Shown: positions 8,715-16,832 of the stretch, one piece after another
How positions within the stretch are numbered: the first letter of the stretch is position 1
How the letters are laid out: each line of letters starts with the position of its first letter
DNA from: an uncultured bacterium
GTDB taxonomy: Bacteria > Margulisbacteria > WOR-1 > CAVSGV01
Reading direction: 5' to 3'
Length of the DNA: 32,000 bases
Assembly (NCBI GenBank): GCA_963699255.1
Contig: OY969425.1
Coordinates: forward strand, 450,001 to 482,000
Position numbers and translations under genes: made by a program
The notes under the pieces: model-generated
What the model saw: only the letters and a program-made list of their open reading frames with translations
Told to the model about the DNA's origin: nothing
The model's database searches: none

Positions 8715-9829
8715 AATTCTTGGGAAATATCGCCGATAAACAAGCGGATATAGGCGAACATATTATTGATATTGAGAGGAAGATTATATTGGCATTATTT
8801 AAGATGTATGGCAGGACTTTTGTTTCCGGAAAAATGCTGGCAGGCGCAATGATACAGGCTCACGCGGCCACGCCCGGAAAGGTAAAAGAAAAACAGGCTG
8901 CCGGGATATCGTTATTGAGCAAATATCTGGCAGACACCAGGCTGCGAATGAATGCATGGAATAAATTATCCGCTCTGTCGCCTGAAAAAGTGATCGCGCG
9001 CGCGAGTTTAAGCGAAAAGTGGATGGAAACCGCGGGAGAGCTCATTGAAAAGACCACGAACGTTTTGGTCCGCAGAGCTCTGATGAGCAAGATAATAGAT
9101 GCATACCCCAAAAAGCAGTTCGTTTTCAAGGAAGCTGAATTGATGACCCTGTTGCCGAAGATCAATCATGAGATGGTGGAAATCCCCGCGGGAACATTCA
9201 AAATGGGAAGCCTGTGCTACGGCAACGAACATCCCGTAAGGCAGGTATCGCTTTCAGGTTTTTTGGTGGGAAAATATCCAGTGACCAACGCGCAGTACGG
9301 GATATTCATGGATCAAACAGGGTATAAAGAACCGCTTTTTTGGAACAATCCGGAATTCGGAAAGGGGAAGCCCAACAATCCTGTGGTTGGAGTTGACAAA
9401 AATGACTGTGAAGCATATGTGAGATGGCTGGCAATGCAGCTTCCAACGGAAGCGCAGTGGGAATACGCTGCCAGAGGCCCAAAGGGATTTGAATACCCGT
9501 GGGGGAATACATGGGATCCTTCAAAGATAACTCCTGACAAAATGTATGGGACTCATCCGGTAGATGCCCATCCTGAAGGGGCCAGCCCTTTTGGTGTCGT
9601 AGATATGGTAGGCAATATTTGGCAGTATACATCCGACAGGTATGGTAAGTATGAGCCTATGAACCTGAAAGACCCAAAAGGTTCTTTGGACGGCTACAAT
9701 ATAGTTCTACGCGGCTGCGCTTGGTATATTGATGTTCCTGTTTATATGCGCGGAGCATTCCGGTTCTTCAATAATGCCGAGACCCGCGACAACGGCACCG
9801 GTTTCCGCACCACGGAAAGCATAAGGTAG
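8711..9829 (+). CDS. FGE-sulfatase (SUMF1/EgtB/PvdO-type, C-type-lectin fold) domain protein with an unknown ~150-aa helical N-terminal region
   Basis: The C-terminal 220 aa carry MVEIPAGTFKMGS, HPVRQVSLSGFLVGKYPVTNAQY, EAQWEYAARG, YPWGN, GNIWQYTSD, VLRGCAW and GFR. The start is uncertain. GTG 8711 lies inside a heptamer array, and TTG 8789 (preceded by GAGAGGAAG) or ATG 8804 are alternatives. Confidence 0.78.
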   Translation: MKFLGNIADKQADIGEHIIDIERKIILALFKMYGRTFVSGKMLAGAMIQAHAATPGKVKEKQAAGISLLSKYLADTRLRMNAWNKLSALSPEKVIARASLSEKWMETAGELIEKTTNVLVRRALMSKIIDAYPKKQFVFKEAELMTLLPKINHEMVEIPAGTFKMGSLCYGNEHPVRQVSLSGFLVGKYPVTNAQYGIFMDQTGYKEPLFWNNPEFGKGKPNNPVVGVDKNDCEAYVRWLAMQLPTEAQWEYAARGPKGFEYPWGNTWDPSKITPDKMYGTHPVDAHPEGASPFGVVDMVGNIWQYTSDRYGKYEPMNLKDPKGSLDGYNIVLRGCAWYIDVPVYMRGAFRFFNNAETRDNGTGFRTTESIR

Positions 9830-9953
9830 ACGATCCATATCATATCCTGCTATTTAGCTCTCCAAAGCTCAAATCCGGGCCTGTTCAAGTCTCCATAACC
9901 GTGAAATTTACATGCTTTTTTGACGATATATTAATTAGAGGGGATTTATAACA

Positions 9954-12287
9954 GTGAGCACCGCGGAACCGCTAATAACTAACAGAGCGTTGATAAGACA
10001 AGCCCTTTCCCTTAACAGGACGGAATACAAAAAATTCAAAACACAGCATATAAATGATCCTGTGATGAACAAGGAACACCAAATATGGAACATTAGCTCG
10101 AACGCCGCCAAATTCCTTTATGATGCCTTTGGTAACCATAAAGCAGTTGTAGCCGCATTGCTGATGCCCGTTGAAAGAAATAAGATCAAGGAAATCGACC
10201 AATCCCTGTATTCCATCATAACAGCATATGACAAGATGATGGATTTCACCGTCCCGACCAAACCTGACGCGTCTATTATAAATAATCACTACAAAATGCT
10301 TATTGCTGATCCGTTACTGAGAGGAAAGTTTTCCGGAGAAGACCTTTTAAGCGCCCATTTTTTGATGTTCGGCATGATGCAAAGCACCCTAAAAAAAGGG
10401 ATACCGGTGATCGAGCTCTTTTACAGGGATCCGCTCATACTGTCGCAAATGGCGCTTTCCACGGCAAAGCTTTTGAACCGGTTTCAAAAAGATCTCGAAG
10501 CTTGCCAGTTGAAAGACGCGGCACTTAACATAATCAACCCCGACTTATACAAATTTGCGGAAGAACATGGTTACAATGATATACCGGAGTTCGTTTTGCT
10601 GAAAAAAAAGGATGAATTGCTGGCCGAACTAAGTAATAAATGCACGGAAGTATTTCAATATCAGGAGGGTTTCAGTTTCGAGGTTAAAGGAAGGCTGAAA
10701 GCGCGCCAGAGCATAGTGGACAAAATGGAAAAGAAAAAAGGTAAAAAGGTCCTTGATATTCTGGGCCTCAAAGTGATCGTTCATTGCCCGCATGGTCCAA
10801 GCCAGATCAGGGCACTTGAGGAAGCGCTAAAGGCGGCTAAAATAGATGAACAAAAAAGTGAAATAAAAAGACTCTATAAGGAAAGCTCTGATCAGCTTTA
10901 TTATCTAAGATCAGCAATATACTCTTACGCTCAAAAGAATGGTTGGATAATAAATAAAAAAGAATCTGATAATTATGTGGCGAAACACAAGGAAAACGGA
11001 TATCAGGCATTGCACGATAATTATCAGATCAAAATAGGGAATAATGCCATCACGGTCGAGATCCAGCTTCTCACGGATCAGATGTACCACTATAACAACA
11101 CGATAGCAAGCCACGATGAATACAAGGGAGGAGAGGGGCTAAAAGGGGATTATGCGCCAAATGAGACAAATAAGATGTTTGACGAGATCCAAAACGACCT
11201 CTCACCTAATGTTTACGCGTTCGTCAAAGAAGAAAATGACATATCCGGGCCATATGAGTTATGCCCGAAAGAAAATTCCTATGGGATGCCGCTTGACTTG
11301 CTTTCCCACATTAATTCTTACGACTCGCAGCGTTTTTATATATATCAGCAGGGCAGGGAATCACTCATAAAAAGTGATGACAGGGTCAGGAATGGATCTG
11401 TTATAGGGGGTAAGGGAAAAGCCAATCCAGGAATGGGAAGGATCGAAAAACTTTACGGTACGGAGACCGGAAAGAACGCGGCTCGATTTAATTTGGACAG
11501 CAAAGCCTTGAAGGAAAGTGAAATCCTGGCCATGGAAAGGAACGGAAAAACTTTCCTTGACAATTTGATCAGCAATGGGAGCAACGGCCGGGAAAACGGA
11601 ACAAATGGCGGATCAAACGTTGTTTTCCTTGAAAATCATTTTCTTGACGAATTAAAATATAATGATATTGTCACCGCTTATTTTTATATTGGCAAAAATG
11701 AGACTTTTCGCGAGAAACTAAAAAATGAAAAAAACAAATATCTGCTAAATTATACGTTTGATGCTGAAAAGGGGAAGATCACTTTTAGCGGGCATAACGA
11801 CTCGCTCTTTGTAAGGGCCATCATGAGGTATTTAGCCGACACGAACCGCAGCATGAGATCCGTGCGCCAGTCCCCTGACGGGGATAAGATGATCTTCACC
11901 GCCGAATTGGACAACTTCTCAAAAGAGGACCTTATGAAATTGACGGAGTATCTGAAAAAAACAGGCAACGTCAGAAAGCTATATAATAACCTGCCCGCAA
12001 AAACCGTCATTGATAAGAAGCTGAAGATCACGTTCAAAAGCGATGAACCGGGAATGATCTACAAGGTATATTTGTTATTATGCAAGAATAGTTGTTATAT
12101 ATCCTCGTTCGAATCCGGCGAAACGGCGCCGGGAACCAGCGCCTCGGCTGATTTTATGGTAAAGTTCCCCGGTAAATTCAACGATGAAAAATACAAACAG
12201 CTGCTAAATGAAATAAAGGACCTCCCTGACGCGTATGTTAAGAGGGCCAGATTAGACGTGACAAAGGGCGTTACTTTCGAAGTTTGA
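9954..12287 (+). CDS. highly divergent long RelA/SpoT homologue (degenerate HD region, RelA_SpoT synthetase-like, TGS-like and ACT-like C-terminus)
   Basis: GTG start with GAGGGG 9 nt upstream. Synthetase-like block: KGRLKARQSIVDKMEKK...VLDILGLKVIV...DNYVAKHKENGYQALH...TVEIQLLTDQMYHYNNTIASHDEYKG. HD-like remnant: AVVAALLMPVERN (canonical AALLHDvvED). TGS-like: VYAFVKEENDISGPYELCPKENSYGMPLDLLSHI...DDRVRNGSVI. ACT-like: LKITFKSDEPGMIYKVYLLL. The 777-aa length fits a long RSH. Confidence 0.7.
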   Translation: MSTAEPLITNRALIRQALSLNRTEYKKFKTQHINDPVMNKEHQIWNISSNAAKFLYDAFGNHKAVVAALLMPVERNKIKEIDQSLYSIITAYDKMMDFTVPTKPDASIINNHYKMLIADPLLRGKFSGEDLLSAHFLMFGMMQSTLKKGIPVIELFYRDPLILSQMALSTAKLLNRFQKDLEACQLKDAALNIINPDLYKFAEEHGYNDIPEFVLLKKKDELLAELSNKCTEVFQYQEGFSFEVKGRLKARQSIVDKMEKKKGKKVLDILGLKVIVHCPHGPSQIRALEEALKAAKIDEQKSEIKRLYKESSDQLYYLRSAIYSYAQKNGWIINKKESDNYVAKHKENGYQALHDNYQIKIGNNAITVEIQLLTDQMYHYNNTIASHDEYKGGEGLKGDYAPNETNKMFDEIQNDLSPNVYAFVKEENDISGPYELCPKENSYGMPLDLLSHINSYDSQRFYIYQQGRESLIKSDDRVRNGSVIGGKGKANPGMGRIEKLYGTETGKNAARFNLDSKALKESEILAMERNGKTFLDNLISNGSNGRENGTNGGSNVVFLENHFLDELKYNDIVTAYFYIGKNETFREKLKNEKNKYLLNYTFDAEKGKITFSGHNDSLFVRAIMRYLADTNRSMRSVRQSPDGDKMIFTAELDNFSKEDLMKLTEYLKKTGNVRKLYNNLPAKTVIDKKLKITFKSDEPGMIYKVYLLLCKNSCYISSFESGETAPGTSASADFMVKFPGKFNDEKYKQLLNEIKDLPDAYVKRARLDVTKGVTFEV

Positions 12288-12304
12288 AGCGATTATTTGC
12301 TTTC

Positions 12305-13615
<1,311 letters not shown>

Positions 13616-13617
<2 letters not shown>

Positions 13618-13745
13618 GAAATTGGGGAATTAGGAAATTTGGAACAAAGTTTAGGAATACAGGAAAACGGGAAATTGGTTACCCATTTTCCATATCCCCT
13701 TTTCCCTAAACTCATTTCCTCTATTCCTGTCCTTCCATATTTCCT
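13616..13745. repeat. 130-nt imperfect palindrome with a purine-rich left arm and a pyrimidine-rich right arm (GGAAA-type ~8-nt units)
   Basis: Left arm 13616-13678 (47/63 purines), loop TTAC 13679-13682, right arm 13683-13745 (52/63 pyrimidines). The outer AGGAAAT/ATTTCCT, the loop-proximal GGAAAxTGG/CCAxTTTCC, and GTTTAGG/CCTAAAC are complementary. The interior pairs only with bulges. Confidence 0.7.
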
Positions 13746-13772
13746 TAGTAATAATTTTGATCGGATAAAAAT

Positions 13773-14441
13773 ATGATTAAGAAAGCCATTGTACTGCTCT
13801 CAGGCGGGCTTGACTCAACGACCACCCTCTATTACGCAAAGAGCAAAGGATATGAATGCCGCGCGCTGATATTCGATTACGGCCAGAGGCATAAACGGGA
13901 GATCCGTTCAGCGGTTGCGGTGGCGAAGCGCGCCTATATACCGTATCAGATATTAAAGATCAAGCTGCCCTGGAGGGGATCGGCGCTTCTTGATGCCGGA
14001 TACAGGATGCCAGAACGATCATTGAAAAAAATCGGCAAAGGGATACCTTCGACATATGTTCCCGGCAGAAATACGATCTTTCTGAGTTTCGCGGTTTCTT
14101 ATGCAGAAGCTATCGGCGCGAAAGCTATCTTTATCGGCGCGAACGCGATAGATTTCAGCGGATATCCTGATTGCAGGCCGGGATATTACAGGGCTTTCCG
14201 GAGCGTTATCGGCAAAGGGACGAAAGCAAAGAACATAAGGATCATAACGCCGTTGATTAAATTGAAGAAATCGCAGATAATAAAGCTCGGACTTAGGCTC
14301 GGCGCGCCTCTCGACCTGACATGGTCATGCTACAGGGGCGGAAGGCGGCCGTGCGGCGTGTGCGACAGCTGCAGGCTGCGTGAAAGGGGATTCAGGGAAA
14401 TTGTTAAGGAACCCGCGACTAAACGTCGCGGTTCCAAATAA
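13773..14441 (+). CDS. queC: 7-cyano-7-deazaguanine synthase
   Basis: 222 aa. PP-loop VLLSGGLDSTT, FDYGQRH, and the C-terminal Zn-cysteine cluster WSCY...CGVCDSCRLR. Confidence 0.93.
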   Translation: MIKKAIVLLSGGLDSTTTLYYAKSKGYECRALIFDYGQRHKREIRSAVAVAKRAYIPYQILKIKLPWRGSALLDAGYRMPERSLKKIGKGIPSTYVPGRNTIFLSFAVSYAEAIGAKAIFIGANAIDFSGYPDCRPGYYRAFRSVIGKGTKAKNIRIITPLIKLKKSQIIKLGLRLGAPLDLTWSCYRGGRRPCGVCDSCRLRERGFREIVKEPATKRRGSK

Positions 14442-14487
14442 TCATATCGGTATGAACAGTATTAGCAGAACCCATGAAGATATAAAG

Positions 14488-14513
14488 GAGCCGAGGCGTT
14501 TAGCCTCAGGCTC
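14488..14513 (+). terminator. GC-rich hairpin downstream of queC
   Basis: GAGCCGAGGC (14488-14497), loop GTTTA, GCCTCaGGCTC (14503-14513), with one bulge. No clear U-tract follows. Confidence 0.4.
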
Positions 14514-14527
14514 ATAGGAAATTAAAT

Positions 14528-15346
14528 ATGAATCCGTTGATATTTGTCTGTGTATTCACGGGAATAATACATTTCATCGAGACGATCGCGTCCTCGATGA
14601 GGCTTGCGGGGGTGCGGACAAAGAACATCGCCACATCGCTTTCGTTCGTCAACGCCACGCTTCTCGTATCAAGGCTCTCGAACATGCTCCAGGCCCCCAT
14701 TCTTGGAGGGATGGTGGATTCTGCGATACTGAAGCACGACACCTCAATTCTTCTCAGCCAGTTCAGGATGGTGGTGTTCGCGGCGTTCATCGGCAATCTG
14801 GTCGGGGCGGCGCTTGTCCCGTTCTTCGTCTCGGTCTTCACGGAGGGCATAGCAGAATTCGAGAAGATCGGGTCGCTTCCAAGGCTTTTGCTGGGGACCT
14901 TTCATCCTAAGAACATCGCTTCCATGGCGAAGAAATTCAGGCTGCCGTCAAAGAAGACATTCTCAAGGCTTAGCCTTCACAACCTGCCGAAATGGTTCAT
15001 CTTCTGGAACCTCCTTATGGTCTCGATATACGCCATCGGAGTGCTTGCGTCGCTCTATGCCGGAGCGAGAGTTCCCGAGTACAGGGTAACGGCCACGCAG
15101 CTTTCAGGGATAGTCAACGGCATCGCGACGATACTTCTGACCCTGCTGGTGGACCCCACCTGCGCCCTTTTAACGGACCAGGCGATAAAGGGGAAAAGGA
15201 AAGAGGACGACGTAAGGACAATGGTCTTTTACATCATCGCGGGCAGATTGCTCGGGACCCTTATGATCTCGCAGCTCATATTCCTGCCGGCATCCGATTA
15301 TATAATGAACGTTACCCTGCTCGTTAAGAGGATGTTCGGGCAATAG
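14528..15346 (+). CDS. amj: Amj-family (DUF2837) lipid II flippase-like membrane protein
   Basis: 272-aa polytopic membrane protein. The N-terminus (IIHFIETIASSMRLAGVRTKNIATSLSFVNATLLVSRLSNMLQAPILGGMVD) resembles what I recall of B. subtilis Amj/YdaH. AGGAAA lies upstream of the ATG. Confidence 0.6.
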   Translation: MNPLIFVCVFTGIIHFIETIASSMRLAGVRTKNIATSLSFVNATLLVSRLSNMLQAPILGGMVDSAILKHDTSILLSQFRMVVFAAFIGNLVGAALVPFFVSVFTEGIAEFEKIGSLPRLLLGTFHPKNIASMAKKFRLPSKKTFSRLSLHNLPKWFIFWNLLMVSIYAIGVLASLYAGARVPEYRVTATQLSGIVNGIATILLTLLVDPTCALLTDQAIKGKRKEDDVRTMVFYIIAGRLLGTLMISQLIFLPASDYIMNVTLLVKRMFGQ

Positions 15347-15360
15347 AAAAAATAGCAATT

Positions 15361-15386
15361 CACAATGACACAATGAACAACAATGT
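15361..15386 (+). repeat. left inverted-repeat arm flanking the Avd-like gene (CACAATGA CACAATGA ACAACAATGT)
   Basis: It matches the reverse complement of 15833-15858 at 22/25 with one 1-nt gap. Confidence 0.7.
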
Positions 15387-15434
15387 TGCCTCGCTTACGC
15401 TCGGCGGTTAATATATAATAATGCACAATCAACT

Positions 15435-15800
15435 ATGAAATTCGACATTAGAGACAGATCTAAAAAGTTCGCTATAAGAGTAATTAAACTTATTAATAAG
15501 TTCTCAAAGGAACTGGCTTTACAGGAGATCGCGCATCAGTTGGTCAGATCTGCCTGCTCGATAGGCGCTAATCTTGAAGAGGCAGATGCTGCTTCTTCGC
15601 GAAAAGATTTCTTCCATAAAGTATCGATTTCTTATAAAGAAGCGAAAGAAACAAGATATTGGCTTGACTTGATCCTTGAAGCAGAACTGCTTAAGAACCA
15701 ATCAAATATAAAAGAGGCTGAAGCTTTGCGCAACGAAGCTATTGAATTAAGCAGGATCTTATTTACGATTTTTGAAAAGAAGGATAAAAATAATTGTTAA
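15435..15800 (+). CDS. four-helix-bundle protein (23S rRNA intervening-sequence protein / Avd-like family)
   Basis: 121 aa. Family signature LVRSACSIGANLEEA...SRKDFFHKVSISYKEAKETRYWLDLI. TATAAT (15414-15419) lies upstream. Confidence 0.85.
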   Translation: MKFDIRDRSKKFAIRVIKLINKFSKELALQEIAHQLVRSACSIGANLEEADAASSRKDFFHKVSISYKEAKETRYWLDLILEAELLKNQSNIKEAEALRNEAIELSRILFTIFEKKDKNNC

Positions 15801-15819
15801 AGAGTAATAATTTTGATGA

Positions 15820-15843
15820 TGTCGCGGAGCGACACTTTGTTGT
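15820..15843 (+). terminator. small hairpin with a T-rich tail downstream of the Avd-like gene
   Basis: TGTCGC gga GCGACA (15820-15834), followed by CTTTGTTGTT. Confidence 0.3.
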
Positions 15844-15858
15844 TAATTGTTAATTGTG
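15833..15858 (+). repeat. right inverted-repeat arm flanking the Avd-like gene
   Basis: CACTTTGTTGTTAATTGTTAATTGTG is the reverse complement of CACAATTAACAATTAACAACAAAGTG. It overlaps a possible ribF promoter: TTGTTA 15840-15845, 17 nt, TATTAA 15863-15868. Confidence 0.7.
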
Positions 15859-15872
15859 AAATTATTAATTAA

Positions 15873-16802
15873 ATGAAGATAATCAAATTTAATGAACATA
15901 TAAAAACCAGATCGATCGTTTTAGCCCTTGGCAACTTTGACGGCGTCCACGCAGGCCATCAAAAACTGATCCTTGAGGCGCTAAGATTTGCCAGAAGGAA
16001 AAAGCTTCCGTGTTTCGCGATGACTTTCGATCCGCATCCCCAGGAAGTGGTCGATCCGGGACGGGGGCTTTGTCTGCTGACCACTTTATCCGAAAGGATC
16101 GGCCTGATGCGAGGTCTGGGCGTTGACGGGGTCATGGTCAAGGAATTCAGCGAGAAGATATCAAAGCTGCCGCCTGAAAAGTTCATATATGATTTCCTGG
16201 TGAAACACCTTAAGGCCAGGAAAGTATTCATAGGCTATGATTTTGCGTTCGGCCACAAGAGGTCCGGGACCATATCCACCCTGAAGAAGCTCGGGGATAA
16301 ATACGGTTTTGCGGTCAGCGCTGTCAAGCCCGTGATGACGCACGGCCATCTCGTAAAAAGTTCCACAATACGCGACATGCTTTCCCGCGGCGACTTCAGC
16401 AAGGCGGTCAAGCTTCTGGGACATCCTTACACGATGACCGGCCTGGTCGTAAGGGGCAGGGGGAGGGGAAGGGCACTGGGGTTCCCCACGGCCAACCTTA
16501 GCATCGCACCGGACAAGCTGGTGCCCGCCCAGGGAGTATATGTGGGGCATGTCGGCAGACGCATGTGCCTTGTTAATATCGGTTCGCGGCCCACTTTCGC
16601 CGAGGAGAAGTTCGCGATAGAGGTCCACATCCCCGGCTTTCACGGCGACCTGAGGGGAAAAGTGGTCCAGGTGGACTTGTTCAAGAGACTTAGAGATGAG
16701 ATACATTTCGCGGATGTTGAAAAGCTGAAATATCAGATCAGAAAAGATATTGAAAAAGCAAAATTATTAATCCCCCGCTCGCTTCACTCGCACCCCCTTT
16801 AA
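15873..16802 (+). CDS. ribF: bifunctional riboflavin kinase / FMN adenylyltransferase
   Basis: 309 aa with LGNFDGVHAGHQ, GRGRGRALGFPTANL and EVHIPGFHGDLRGK. The last ~11 codons (LIPRSLHSHPL) are encoded by a C-rich hairpin element and look like a non-homologous tail. Confidence 0.92.
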   Translation: MKIIKFNEHIKTRSIVLALGNFDGVHAGHQKLILEALRFARRKKLPCFAMTFDPHPQEVVDPGRGLCLLTTLSERIGLMRGLGVDGVMVKEFSEKISKLPPEKFIYDFLVKHLKARKVFIGYDFAFGHKRSGTISTLKKLGDKYGFAVSAVKPVMTHGHLVKSSTIRDMLSRGDFSKAVKLLGHPYTMTGLVVRGRGRGRALGFPTANLSIAPDKLVPAQGVYVGHVGRRMCLVNIGSRPTFAEEKFAIEVHIPGFHGDLRGKVVQVDLFKRLRDEIHFADVEKLKYQIRKDIEKAKLLIPRSLHSHPL

Positions 16803-16822
16803 TAAAGGGGGAAGGGGGGATT
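16769..16822. other. two-tier C-rich/G-rich hairpin between convergent ribF and the histidine kinase
   Basis: The inner stem CCCCCTTTA (16793-16801) / TAAAGGGGG (16803-16811) contains the ribF stop codon. The outer stem is AATCCCCC (16769-16776) / GGGGGATT (16815-16822). There is no adjacent U-tract on either strand. Confidence 0.55.
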
Positions 16823-16832
16823 CACGCGTTCT

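Noticed and set aside
13618-13772. A preQ1 riboswitch upstream of queC.
   Set aside because: I could not fit the preQ1-I pattern: a short P1 stem, a loop with the conserved C, and an A-rich tail ending in CUA that forms the pseudoknot. The only A-rich run (GGATAAAAAT) directly abuts the ATG. The spacer is instead dominated by the GGAAA/TTTCC palindrome. An Rfam scan would settle it.
15357-15863. Calling the Avd-like cassette a bona fide mobile element (MITE or IS).
   Set aside because: There is no transposase. The arms are only ~85% complementary and low-complexity, and the AATT flanks are palindromic, so a target-site duplication cannot be told apart from arm extension. I kept it as a finding rather than annotating it as a mobile element.
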